This document shows positions 13,560 through 26,789 of a stretch of DNA of 64,000 nucleotides, in pieces. The DNA is taken from positions 27,528,001 through 27,592,000 of the forward strand of contig NC_043003.1 of the NCBI RefSeq assembly GCF_006345805.1, given 5' to 3'. The notes below the pieces were generated by a model. That model had not been told where the DNA came from. It was given only the letters and a program-made list of their open reading frames with translations, and did no database searches. Position 1 is the first letter of the stretch. Every line of letters begins with the position of its first letter. Source of the DNA: Octopus sinensis. Taxonomy: Eukaryota. The position numbers were made by a program, and so were the translations under genes.

Positions 13560-14400
13560 TAGAATTCTTGAAATATTTCCATGGGCTCTCGTCTCCTTGA
13601 TAGTTCCATACATGCTTGACATATGCATGTTTTGGGAATTTTTATATCTGGTAAAGAAATTTGCTCGCCAGGTCTAACCACAACATAGAGGTATTAAGGC
13701 TAGATAAAAGAGGAGTGGTGATAGAGAGTCACCCTGGAAAATGCCACATGAAATCCTTACATCTCCAGCATTAAGAGATTCATTGTCACTGTTCAAAGTC
13801 AGCATGGTTCTCCATGATCTCATACTTAGAGACAAGAAGTTTCGCAGAGACGGTGCTATTTTATACTTTTCCATACATTTCTTAATCCAGCTATGTGGTT
13901 GACTATCAAAAGATTTTTTATAGTCCATCCAGGCTATCGACAAGTTTTTGTGTTGTTTGTGACAATCTTCCATTAGGGAATAAGCCACTTTCTATAAAAA
14001 AACTGTAGGTATATTCAGTCAAGACAGATGTTAGCATTTTATACATTGTTGTTAAGCAGGTTATGGGTCTGTAATTTTTTGGAAGTAGGAATGTTACACT
14101 ATTAACTTGCTGTTGTTGTCAGCTGCTGTCTCCCATCTCTGTTGGCCATGTTCTATGGTGTTTGTCAATGCTCTCTGGTTAAGTAGCTAAGAATTTATAC
14201 TGATGTATAAAGAATTTATATTGATAGAATCATTAAAGCATCAGGATAAGGTTGTTGCAAAACATTGTTGTAAAGTTTTGTGAGCAGTTCATGGTTCTCT
14301 TGGAAGGCATTCAACCAGAAGTTAGGAATTCGCTTGAAGCAAGACCATTTTTTATTCTTTTTCTTTTGATTATTTGATGACGAGCATGGATGGCCATTTG
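13560..14400 (-). mobile_element. Second Dong/R4-like RT remnant; may extend to the (ATT)n at ~15170
   Basis: NLSIAWMDYKKSFDSQPHSWI...GIFQGDSLSPLLF (RT motifs); IPNFWL; YRPITCL. Confidence 0.8.
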
Positions 14401-15882
14401 CTGGAATATTCCGATTGTGGGGTGCTTCCAGCTCCTGTTTTTCGGGAAGATTTGAACCAGTAGCTGATTTTTCATGTCGAATCTGGTTCATCATTCGAGT
14501 ATGTGGTCTTTGGTGTTCCTGTTGACGACCAATCTAGTTTGTATTTTGCATGACAAACTTGGATGTTGACATTAGTTGGCAGATCTGTGTTAGAGTTAAT
14601 TTTTTGAGACAACACCATCTCCAAGTTCTCTGCATGTAAACATTGCTTGTAACATAGCTTCTTAAGGCTAAGAGATCTGTATTTTTTTTGTTGATAGATT
14701 TATCTCTGGGCATAGTTTTTTTTGTGGTGTTTTTAAACTTATGCATCGTTCACTCTGTGTTAGTTCAAAAAATAAAAAATAATAGTTTTTTTTTTTGCTT
14801 CATTTGTGACACGTGTTTTCATATGCATGAATGTGTGTCCTGTAAATTTCATGTAGTTGTGTAAAGGAGCCATTCTGAGGATACACCTGTAATTAAAAAG
14901 GTAATATAAAAGGAGAAAGGGGCTCTCTTCCCTCCTTTTGACCAGGCTCCCATGGCTTTTATGGGTTTTTCCACCAGGAACCTTTCGAAGCGCCTCCCCC
15001 TATTGGGAGTTTTTCATTGTTATATTTTCGTTGTTAAACTGTTTTTTACTCGGATTTTACAAACAGACAAAACCCTTTATAACTTTCGTCCTGTGTTTTG
15101 TCCCTTTATGTTATAATTAATTTTTGTCAGCCCTTGTGGCCAATAAAAGAATTAATTATTATTATTATTATTATTTAAGGTTGTTAGGGCTGTGAGCTGG
15201 CAGAATCATTAGCATCTTCAAGTTCTGAGTTCAAATTCTCCCTAGGTTAACTTTGCTTTTCGTCATTTTTGGGGTTGATAAAGTAAATATCTATCAAGTA
15301 GTGGGCAGGTCAATGTAATCAACTTGTTCTCTCCTCCAAAATTTCAGGCCTTGTGCCTATAATAGACAGGATTATTATTTAAGGCTGCAAGCGAGCAGAA
15401 CCATTAACTCATTAAATTGCTTAGCACCATCTTTTTTTGTTCTGTGTGTTCTGAGTTCAATTTCTGCTGGGGTTGACTTTGCTTTACATCCTCTTGGAGA
15501 TCACTAAGATAAACACCAGTTAAATACAGGGGTAGGGTTGATGTATTTGCCTAATCCTTTCCCCTCAAAATTGCTAACCTTGTATCAAAATTTAGAAGAA
15601 TCATCATTATTATTATTCTTTGTTATATGGCAGTGGATTGACAGAATCATGAAAGCATCAGGATAAATGATTTCCTAGTATTTGTTCCATTCTTGTACAT
15701 TTTGAGTTCAAATCCTGCTGAGGTCAACTTCACATTTTAACCTTTCATGGTCAATAAAATAAAGTACCAGTCAAGAACTGGGGTTGATATAGTCAGTTTG
15801 CCTCCTCCTTCAAAATTTTAGGACTTGTGTCTATAATAAAAAGGATTATTATTATCTTTTTTTTTGTTTTTGTTTTTCCTAG

Positions 15883-15964
15883 TATGACAAAACAAGAAGA
15901 AGAAGACTTCCAGCTTGCACAAGCCATAGCAGCAAGTCAAGAAGAAAATTCTGGAACTAGAAAT
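15883..15964 (+). CDS. ZFAND2B: ZFAND2B-like exon, UIM 2
   Basis: ttcctag|T ATG...AAT|gtaagt, 82 nt, phase 2-0. MTKQEEEDFQLAQAIAASQEENSGTRN. Confidence 0.93.
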
Positions 15965-16299
15965 GTAAGTATCAGTCTGTTGTGAGCTTTCTTGTTTTGT
16001 TGAATTGTTAACTCTGTATAACTGTTAATTTTATTTTTCCTGAGAGACAAGATAAAAAATGTTACTTAATGTTTTGTATGTGGGTAAGTCATATGTATAT
16101 GTATATCTTTAATTCTGTACATGATTATTTCAATGTGCATGTATATATGAAACATTGATTTATTGATAGTTAATTCCATTGAGATAGATAGATAGATCCA
16201 TAGATAGATAGATAAATATGTTTCTTTATTAGCCACACAGGGCTGAACACAGAGGGGATAAAATACAAAGTAGAGATTTTCCTTTTTGGCAAGGAAATA

Positions 16300-16920
16300 A
16301 AAAAAAGGGTGGGGGTAGAATTGATCAGGGCCCCACCCATGCCAGGTTCCTTAACTACCCTGTCTATGATGTAGCGCATCAGCTGGCGGTTGTCATGGAT
16401 GGTGCATGTTTGCGCCTTGTTGGCCAGCTTCTTGATGACAAGTACCAACCTCTTGGCTAACACCTTGGCCAAAATTTTCAAATTTGCATTGTTGTTGATG
16501 ATGGCTCCTGTCAAAGCCCTCTTTACTAGTGTGCTAATCCGGTCTCTGAAAACCTGTCTTGACGGGAAAGACGCACTTAGTTTCCTGTAACCAGGACCCT
16601 GCCTATGTGTCTTATCTAAGTCTAGCATACACGTCACAAGTTTGTGATCCATGTAGCTGACTATGTGAAATTGTGGACACCCTACGCTATCTCTAGCTAC
16701 TGTCCTACACGGTATCCTATCTAGATACGATCTTGACGACCCATTGCATTTGCTCCATATTCTCGTTGGCGCATTCGGGTGGTTGAAAGCATCTGAGCAG
16801 GTCTCTGAGGCATTTGCATCCCTGTCTATTCCTATCTCTGCCCATGTAGTCTAGTTGCGTGTCCAAGGTAGCATTCCATTCCCCCACTAAAAGTAAAGGA
16901 CGAGACGTTCCTAGGAATAC
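16300..16920 (-). mobile_element. L1/Tx1-like LINE remnant, internally deleted, set in (GATA)n
   Basis: LLLVGEWNATLD (APE endonuclease), DHKLV, KILAKVLAKRL...QT..TIHDNRQLMRYII (RT N-term). Flanked by TAGA repeats at 16180-16215 and 16920-17040. Confidence 0.75.
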
Positions 16921-18050
16921 TAGATCCATAGATATATAAGTAGATAGATCTATAGTTAGATTCATAGATAGATAGATCCGTAGACAGGGAGATCCATAGA
17001 TAAAGATATATATAGATAATTTGATAAAGATATAAATAGGTTTGTGAGTTCATGTTTATAATAATGTTCTTATGTTAATGTTCTGATGTTTGTATCCAGA
17101 ATTAGCTGCAAGATCTTGATTATGCCAAAGTAATAGCATTCATCCTCAGTAATTTTTGGAAGTAACAATTGTTGCATGTGGCCTCAATGTTCGTCATTGA
17201 GTCCTTCATAATGTTCTGTATAATCACATACCTATGTCTCTATAATAACTGGGCACATCACTGCTGACTGTTCCTCTATATCAACTGGGTACATCATTGT
17301 TGACTGTTCCTCTACTCTTGTTTTTGTTATAGATCTTCTACATGGTTACTCAACCTACTAGAAATAGTAGCCAAATTTACCTGAAATTAAATTTTGCTGC
17401 CTTGAATAAAAAAAATGATTTGTTTAAGATAATATAATCTTAGATACATTATGACTAATAAAAAAAAAAATTTAAATACATTTGATCATAGTCTTTCTCA
17501 ATCAGGTATCATTTGGGGTTAAACAACAATATAAGCCAGTGAGAGGGCTTCTGTGGGTTTCACTCAGTCTCTTAGAGAGAACAATCAAATCTACCTCAAA
17601 TCACATTCTTACTGTTTTGAAAAAAAGAATCAAGGACAACATCAGATAGTGTAGTTCTAGATACACTATGACTAATTAAGAGGCAGTGTTGGTCACAGTG
17701 GAATTACTTTGATCATAGGTCTAATCTTTTGTTAAATCAACTTCTTCATCTTGGTGATGATGAGGTCAATGAAATATTACCAGCTCTTTAAGTTTTCCAT
17801 TCAAGGGTGAGTGACATAATTGTTTGAGTGATTAAAAGAATGACTTCCAATGTCTCGTTGCATTTCTTTACATCCTGAGTTTAATTCCCATCAAGGCAGA
17901 CTTTTCTATTTTATTTTATCTTTTTCCTGAGGGATAAAAGTAGTCAAAACTTGGAGTGGCTGTTGAATCATTTGACAGTAAAAACCAGTTTCTCGCCACT
18001 TTCCCCTCTATTACATACTGTGACCTCACCATTGCTAGAAACTGTTGTTG

Positions 18051-18093
<43 letters not shown>

Positions 18094-19434
18094 GACAACA
18101 AACTGGCAAGATCATTAGCATACTGGACAAAATACTTAATTTCTTTACATCTTTCTTTACACTCCAAGTTCAAATTCTACCAAGGTCAATTTTGACTTTC
18201 AACTTTTCAAGGTGGGGGATCAATAAAATAAAGTACCAGGGTGGATGTAATTGACTAGTCCCCGTCCCCTCAAATCTTGGGCCTTATGCCTATAGTAGAA
18301 AGGATTGTTATTTTAATCATTTTTAAGGCAACAAGCTAGCAGAATCGTTAGTGTCTTGGATGGAATGTAGTATTTTTTCCAGCTCTTTACATGCTATTCA
18401 AAAATCCTGCCAAGGTCAACTTTGCCTTTCATCCTTTCAGGGTCGATAAAATAAGTTGTGGTCAAGTGCTGGAGGCCAATGTAATTGACTTCTCCTCAGA
18501 ATTGCTGATCTTGTACCAAAAGTAGAAAAAAATTTTATTATTAAAGACCCCTTTCAGACATGAATGACCGTGAGATTGCATCTAGAAAGTTCCCCTCCAA
18601 GGCACAAGTCCAGGCTAGGTTGTTTTATGGAAGACCAGCAGCCAACCATGCATACCAGCTTCCCCTCTCCATGCCACCAATGTCATCCAAGGGAAAGGCA
18701 AAGGCCGATACAGCTTGGCACCCGTGACGTCGCAACTCATTTCTACAGCATCTTGCTCAAGAACACAACACACAGCCTGGTGTGGGAATCCAACTCACTA
18801 CCTTGTGATTGTGAGCCCGATGCTCTAACCACTGAGCCATGCACTAGACACTAAGAAGGGTGCAATGCAATTTGTAATATATTGTTTATTACAAATTGCG
18901 TTGACCTCTTATTATTTGTTTACTTTCGTGAAGAGTTATGTCAGTCTTTATAAATTATTATTATTATTATTACAAATATTAGGAAGGTGTTTGATTGGTG
19001 GAACTATTAGAGCATCAGGAAAATTCTTTGCAGTATTTCTTCTGGCTCTGTATGATCTGGTTCCAAATACCTCAAGATCAACTTTACCATTCATTCTTAT
19101 ATGGTCGATAAAATAAAGTACCAGTCAAGAACTAACCTCCTCCCTCTAAACTTACTGGCCTTGTGCCAAAAATTGAAACAATTTAAAAGAAATTATTATT
19201 TTATTATATTTTTTTTTCCCATTTCTTCATTCCTTTTCCAGTTAAAATCCCAGAAGTGTGCATGATGTGAAGATGTACTTAAAAAATTGTAAAAATAAAT
19301 TAATAAATTGAAATAAACTCCATTTTCTAAAACTTAATTAATATTTTTTTTATTCATTTTTCTGTTCCAACAACCCTCATAATATTTCTGTTAGTTTACT
19401 TTATACCTCACTACTGCTGTCTTCTCCATTGTAG

Positions 19435-19503
19435 ACCCAAGCAACTCAGCCAGTTCTCACGCGTTCTCGATCTCGCGACCCAAAGTCATGTACCATCTCC
19501 TGA
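19435..19503 (+). CDS. ZFAND2B: ZFAND2B-like last coding exon ending in CAAX box (CTIS*)
   Basis: ttgtag|ACC...TCC TGA, phase 0. TQATQPVLTRSRSRDPKSCTIS*; a terminal CAAX is an established AIRAPL feature. An AT-rich 3'UTR-like sequence with AATAAA (e.g. 19792) follows. Confidence 0.9.
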   Translation, partial: TQATQPVLTRSRSRDPKSCTIS

Positions 19504-20348
19504 CGCAGGCTGTTATTTTTTTTTAATGTTATTTGATTTTTTTTTGTGTGAGTGGAGAGAGAGAAAAAATATTTTCTTTCTTTTTTTTTCACCTCGCCAT
19601 TCCACCGCCATCACCACAAACTTCTTGTGTGCTATTCCACTCCTTTCGGGGTACTTTTTTTTTTTTGTTAAAAAAACTATAAAAAAAAAAAAAATTTTTA
19701 AAATGTTCTTTGGATCATTTCGCTCCACTCCAATCTAGTTATTGCCATGGGGAGTTGATGGCGAACTGTTGAGCTCCTTGATTAAAAAAATAATAAAAAA
19801 GATTAAGTAAAATAAAATAAAGAATTAAAAAATTAAAAAACAAAAGCAGTGCTATGACGGTTTAAAATTTTTTTTTTATTTAAATTATATTTCAGTTAAT
19901 TACTTTCATTCCAAGACAATTTACCATTCTTATGAAAATTAAGATGCAAAATATAACCAAAAAGAAAAAACAAAAAATAAAAAATCAACAACAACAATAA
20001 CAAATACAAAACTGTTTCCCTTTTTGTTTGTTTGTTTCTTTCTGTCTTTGTTTTCTTTCTTCCCTTCCTTGTTATTCTATCACGGCTGCTGTGGCCCTGT
20101 GGAGTTGTAGTGTTGTGAATTATAAAAAAAAAAGGAAAATAATTTTACAAAGAGAAAAAGAAAAAAAAATTGAGCTCCCTCCTTTGTGACTAAGCCAAAT
20201 TGACCAAAACTGTATTGAAATGATTTTTTTTCTCCAAATTAAATTTCAAATTAGAGCTACTACACTCACAGCACTGATGCTCTCCTCTTCAGAAAAACAA
20301 TATATGTACCACAAGGACATCCTTGTTCTTATTATTAGTATTCCCTTT

Positions 20349-22075
20349 AAGGTGGGTGAGCTGGCAGAATCGTTAGCACTCCAGACAAAATGCTCAGCAG
20401 TATTTTGTCCATCTTCACTTCTGAGTTCAAATTCTGCTGAGGTCAACTTTGCATTTTATCTTTTAAGGGTCAGTAAAAATAAGTACCAGTTTGAGTACTG
20501 GAGCCAATGCAATTGACTTACACTCCTCTCTGAAATTGCTGGCCTTGTGCCAAAATTTGAAATCATTATTATCATTATTACTATTCCTTTCTCTTATAGC
20601 TAATTATGAAAGATTCTTAGTGTTTTCATCACTATAGTTATAATAATTATCATTATTGATAAAGTGGTGTAAGGCGGTGAGTTGGTAGAATTGTTAGCAC
20701 GCTGGGTGAAATGCTCAGCAGTGTTTCGTCTACCTTCATGTTCTGAGTTCAAATGCCAGTTGGGTAGACTGTGCCTTTCATCCTTTTGGAGTCAATAAAT
20801 TAGAGCTACTATACTTACGGTACTGATGCTCTCTCCTTCAGAAAAACAAGATATGTACCACAATGACTTCCTTGTTCTTGTAACTGTTATTACTATTCCC
20901 TTTAAGGCAGCGAGTGAGCAGAATCGTTAGCATGCCAGGGTCAATGTAATTGACTTACCCACACCCCCCAAATTTCAGGCCTTGTGCCTATAGTAGATAA
21001 GATTATTACTAAAGTGGTACAAATAGCTAGATGGCAGAACCATTACTGTGCCAGACGAAATGCATTGCAGATTTCATTCCGACCCTTTATGTTCTGTGTT
21101 CAAATTCTGCCAAAGTCAACTTTGCCTTTCTTCCTTTCAGGACCAACAAAATAAAGTATGAGACAAATGCTGGGGTTGATATAATTCATTAAGCCCCTAT
21201 TCCTAAAATTACTTGCCTTGTGCAATAAATTGAAATAGTTATTACTAAAGGGCAAACTGGCAGAATTTTTAATGCATCGGACAAAATGCTTAATGGCTTA
21301 ACTTCTGACTTTCAAATTCTTCCAAGGTCAAATTTGCCCTTCATCCTTTCGGGGGTTGATAAAATAAAGTACTAGTTAAGCACTAAGGTCATGTAATTAT
21401 ATTTTCCCTCCCACTCAAATTTGCTGACCTTGTGCCAAAATTAAAATTATTAGTATTATTATTACTTCGGTGAGGCAGCAAACTGACAGAACTGTTAGCA
21501 TGCCAAACAAAATACTTAGCAGCATTTTGTCCGTCTTTACATTCTGAGTTCAAATTCTGCCGAGGTTGACTTTGACTTTCATCCTTTCGGCATCGATGAA
21601 GTAAGTGCCAATTCTGCACTGGAGTCAATGTAATCAACTATCCCCGTCCCCCAAAATTTCTGGCCTTGTTCCTTTAGCAGAAAGGATTGTTATTACTTAG
21701 GTGGTGAGTTTGTAGGATCATTGGTTTATTAGACAAAATGCTTAGCAGCATTTCTGCCAGTTCTTTACATTCTGAATTCAAATTCTACCGAAGTTAGCTT
21801 TGCCTTTCATTCTTTCAGAGTTAATAAAATACTTTCCAAAGACCATTCCACTAAAATTTCTAACCTTGTGCCAAAATTTGAACACCTCATTATTATTACC
21901 ATCATTATTATTACTACTATATTATTATTATTACTAATATTATTATTAACTACTATAATTTCAAAAACTGCTGAGGCTAACCTTCCCTTTCATTCTTTCA
22001 AGGTCAGCTTAATTGACTTACCCTGTCCCCTAAAATTACTGGCCCTCAACCAAAAGTTGAAGCCATTACTACTAC
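20349..22075 (+). repeat. Head-to-tail array of family B SINEs separated by (ATT)n; similar arrays at 10920-11820, 15180-15855 and 18095-18540
   Basis: Recurrent GAGTTCAAATTC...GTCAACTTTGCCTTTCATCCTTT...GGCCTTGTGCC units of ~200 bp. Confidence 0.85.
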
Positions 22076-22620
22076 TATAATTATCATTTAACTGAATTAT
22101 ACGATTTTTTTTTCTTCTTGTTTCTATTCTGTTTAACAACAAAAAGAAAATGAATAACACTGAACCAAAAATTTTCTTTTTCTTTGCCTATTTTTAATTA
22201 CAAAGATTAAAATTTATCCAAATATTTTAACTATTTTTTAAACTTTTTTTTCTTTTCACTAAACTTTAAAAAAAAATATTTTAGAAGGAATGACAAAATT
22301 CATTTTCCAGTACCCACAAAAATAAAGAAGTTAAATATGCACAGCATGTGGTAGAGTGTTGGGCCGATAACCTAGATGTCTGTAGGGTGAAACTATGTCC
22401 TTTTTAAGGCACAAGTGTAGTTGTGTGGTTAAGAAGCTCACTTTGCAATCACATGGTTTTGGGTTCAGTCCCACTGCATGGAACCTCATGCAAGTGTCTT
22501 TTACTATGACTCCCAGACCAACTAATGCTTTGTGAGTAAATTAGACTGACAGAAACTGTAGAAACCTGATTGTGTGTTTGTCTCCCACTACCACTTGACA
22601 ACTGGTGTTGCTTTGCTTAA

Positions 22621-22825
22621 CCCTTTCATTACTAACCTGGCTGAAACCAGCTCTGACTGAGTACAACTGTCTTGTTTTCATAAGTTTTGAATTAAAATCT
22701 TCCACAATTTATGTTCCTAACATTAGCTGAATGATAACTAAGTTATTTTACTAAATTCTTTGTTATATTTAAAATTAATTGAAAGCAACACAGAGCATCT
22801 CAAAATAAATACAGTAACGAAAGGG
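22621..22825. mobile_element. piggyBac-like MITE nested in a family A SINE; relatives at 3026-3620, ~34640-35008 and ~57050-57131
   Basis: TTAA|CCCTTTC...GAAAGGG|TTAA. Confidence 0.8.
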
Positions 22826-25800
22826 TTAAATCCCGGTAACTTGGTGGTTCAGCAAGAGATAGTTAGAATAAGTACCCAACTTTAGAAAAATAAGTACTGG
22901 TGTTGATTTGCTAAACCCTTCAAAATCGTGTGCCAGCATGGCTGCAGCCAATGACTGGTAGAGGTAAAAGAAAAAAGACCGAGTGAACACATTCATCCCT
23001 TTTGATATCTTAATTATATGAGAATTTCTGTTGCTTACCACATTCCACTTAATTTTTGAAAATCATCATCATCATCGTTTAACGTCCACTTTCCATGCTA
23101 GCATGGGTTGGACGATTTGACTGAGGTCTGGCAAACCAGATGGCTGCACCATACTCCAATCTGATCTGGCAGAGTTTCTACAGCTGGATGCTCTTCCTAA
23201 CGCCAGCCACTCTGAGAGTGTAGTGGGTGCTTTTTACGTGTCATCAGCATGGGGGCCAGTCAGGCGGTACTAGCAATGGCCACCCTCAAACGGTGCTTTT
23301 TATGTGCCACCTGCACAGGAGCCAGTCCAGTGGCACTGGCAACGACCTTGCTCCAATGTTTTTTCACATGCCACCAGCACAAGTGCCAGTAAGGCGACAC
23401 AGGTAATGATCATGCTCGAATGGTGTTTTTTATGTGCCATTGGCACGGAGGCCAGCTTATTGCTCTGGCAATGATCTCACTCGTATGGTACTCTTAGCGC
23501 TCCACTAGCACGGATGAAGAATTTGCAAGGAGTTAATAAAATAACTAAGTTTGTCATTGTTAAGCTGCTGTTTAGAATGTATTGAAATGTGCTTTCGTAA
23601 AAATTATGGTAGAAAGTTTTAATTTGAATGCATAGATGTGTGGTAAGACGTTTGCTTTCCAATCCTATGATTCTGAAATCAGTCTCACTGTGTTGCACCT
23701 TGGGCAAATGTCTTCTGCTGTAACCCTGAGATGACCCAAACCTGGTGAGTGGATTTTATAGACAACGATTGAAAGAAGCCCATCACACACACATGATGGC
23801 TTTACATAAAAAGCACTGGTGATGGTGCCATGTAAAAAGCACCCCATACACTCTGTAAAGTGGTTGGCATTAGGAAGGGCATTGAGCTGTAGAAACCAAA
23901 CCAAAACAGACTATGGAACCTGGTCTTGCCAGCTCTTGTTGAATCGTCCAACCCATGCCAGCATGGAAAACAGACGTTAAATGATGATGGGTAACCATGT
24001 AACTCCTCTACAGCAAGACTTCTGTTTCCAAGCAGCGTAGTATTTCCTCGTGGCTGGACAGGTTTTCACAGAAATCTGGAAATAAATGACATTGATATTT
24101 ATTTATAAACTATTGTCTGATGCCAAGACAAGGACACACACTCGCATGCATTTACAATGGGAATATTTCAGTCTTTGTCTACCAAATCCACTCACAAGGC
24201 TTTGACTGGCCTGAAGCTATAGTAGAACAAATCAACACCAGTTATCAAGCATTGGGAAAGAAGGACAAACATAAATACAAAGACACGTATACACACACAC
24301 ACATGCGAAGGGCTTCCATAGAGTTTCTCTCTATGAAATTCACTAACCAGGCATCTATCAGCCTCGAACTGTAATAGAAGTTTAAAATTACAATTCTATA
24401 ATGTTATACTACTGCTCTCTCCCCTTCCTGCACTGCCACTTTTCACCTCCTCTCTCCTGAGCCACTTCCATTCTTATCACTTTTCCTCTGCCATACAGAT
24501 ATTTACATCCCTCACAACTCCACCCTTCTTCCATTCACTTTATTCATCCCTACACCCGTTACTAACCAGTGAAGGCACAATGCTTTGTGGTTAGGGCATT
24601 TGACTCACAATCATAATGTTGTGAGTTCAGTATCCTTGATACTGATATCATGTATCCTTGAGCATGACACTTTATTTCACATTGCTCCAGTCCACCCAAC
24701 TAGCAAAAATGAGTTCTGTGTCACACTATACCTCCCTGAGAACTATGTTAAGGTTGCATGTGTCTGTGGAGTGCTCAACTACTTGTGCATTAATTTTATG
24801 AGCAGGCTGTTCCATTAATCAGATCAACTGATTGTCAATAACTAAGAGTGCCATCATTCCTAACCATCTGTCAACTCCTCTCTTATTCTAATAAACTTAT
24901 CCATCCATCCTTCTTAATTCTTTGCTCATATTCTCTCTTATACTCACCTTCTTGTATTTTCAATGTACACTCTGACTCCTCATCACCATTGTTTTTTTTT
25001 TTCAGCTACTCTTATATAATGTGGAGTAGCTATTTATCTCCTCTATAGCAAGACTTCTAAGCCTGTCCATCTATCATATTTTAGCCCGTCAACACATGGC
25101 ATAAAGCCACCTCCCTCTCTGCTATAACCTCATTCAGTTGATGGTATTTCTTTGTCTTGCAAGCTTCATGGAAATCTCATTAGTACCAGTACCATGAAAA
25201 AAAAAAGCACCCAGTTGGCATTAGGAAGCTGCATAAACCATGCTAAAACAGACATTGAAACATGATGCAGCCCTCTGACTCATTAGATCCTGTCAGAACA
25301 TCCAACCCATGCCAGCATGGAAGACAGATGTAAAATGGTAATGATGAATTCTTTAAAGATTATATTTTAAAACTTATACCCCTTTCATTTTCTTAATTTG
25401 TCATTCAATAGCCTCAGATCAGCCTGTAGTCTCATAGACACTGTTTACATTGGACTACATTATCCAATGTGCAATTCTATTTCTAATCTGTACTTTGATA
25501 ACATTGCTGAGTATATTACTTCCCAGCAAATTGCTACTGTTTAGCTCGTGCTCATCTCTTATTGACCAGATCAGATAAGACACAAGTGTTCCAACCATGA
25601 TATTCCTGTCTTTTAAGGCCCCAAGGAAGTGGGGTAGGTTTGATTGCATTATTTAATATAGGTGTAGCTGTGTGGTAAGAAGCTTGCTTTCCAATCGCAT
25701 GGTTCCAGGTTCAGTCCCACTGCATGGCACCTTGAGCAAGTGTCATCTACTATGGCCTTATGGCCTTGGGCTGACCAAAGCTTTGTGAATGGATTTGGTA

Positions 25801-26789
25801 GACAGAAACTGAAAGAAGCATGTCGTATATGTCTGTGTTTTTTCCCCCCAACTGGTGTTAGTCTCTTTACGTCCCCCGTAACTTACCAGGTACTTCAGCA
25901 AAAGAAACCAATAGAATAAGTACTAACCATAAAAATAAGTCCTGAGGTTGAATTGTTTCACAAAACACTTTAAGGCAAGTTCCCCTGCATGATCACAGTC
26001 AAATGACTGAAACAAGTAAAGAATAAAAGAATGTTATCCTTTTTCTAAGACAGCAGAGTTTGATTTGAAGAAGATTCTGCTGCTATTTCATGCAGATCAA
26101 GCAACAATGTAAAAATTTCCCCATTAGCTTCTTCGGTTTTCGTAATTAGTTTCTCATTAAAGAAAGTCTCTGTGTTATGCTTCATATTTGCTTATTCTTC
26201 TCACCTCTGCTGATGCATTATATATATATTTTTTTAAATTAATTCTTTTTTAGTCAGGTAGGAAAGCACAGTATCCAGAACCATTAAACAAGGGGCATGG
26301 TAGGGAGGAGGCTCTGAGATTGGTGGGAGGGAAAGAGTGAAGAAGGTAACCCTAAACCAGAGACTTGGTCTGAATGCTTGCAACTGAGCAGACAGCAGTT
26401 TTGAACAGTCTAAAGACAATGCCTTCATAATGGAAGAGTGGTGATTGGTTACCATAGGGTTGCAATTATTAAGAGGAATGGCAGTCAAATATGTAGCTGG
26501 AAATCAGTAAAATTAATATGAGAGACCATATCATTAGATGGGGCTAAGGGATTACATAACCTGGTCACATCAGACGTTCAGGGATTGTTGTAGTAGCAGT
26601 ATAAGATGAAAAGGAGCATCATATTGTATAGGTGGTAAGCTCCCATCAAATAAATCTGATACTAGATTGGCGAACTGGTAGAGTTGTATGAGTGTTGGAT
26701 AAAATGCTTTGTGGTGCTTGTTGTCTGCATTCTGAGTACAAATTCCATTGAGGGCAACTTTGCCGTTCATCTATTTGGGGTCAATCTAA

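Noticed and set aside
17100-17135. Possible extra ZFAND2B exon after tgtatccag
   Set aside because: Phase 0 gives an immediate stop (N*), the pyrimidine tract is weak and nothing else supports it.
20349-22075. CRISPR-like regularly spaced repeats
   Set aside because: Eukaryotic SINE units of ~200 bp, diverged, without unique spacers or cas genes.
25410-25545. Non-repeat segment with a short open frame after caatag
   Set aside because: No recognisable protein similarity and no partner exons; the - strand frames are closed.
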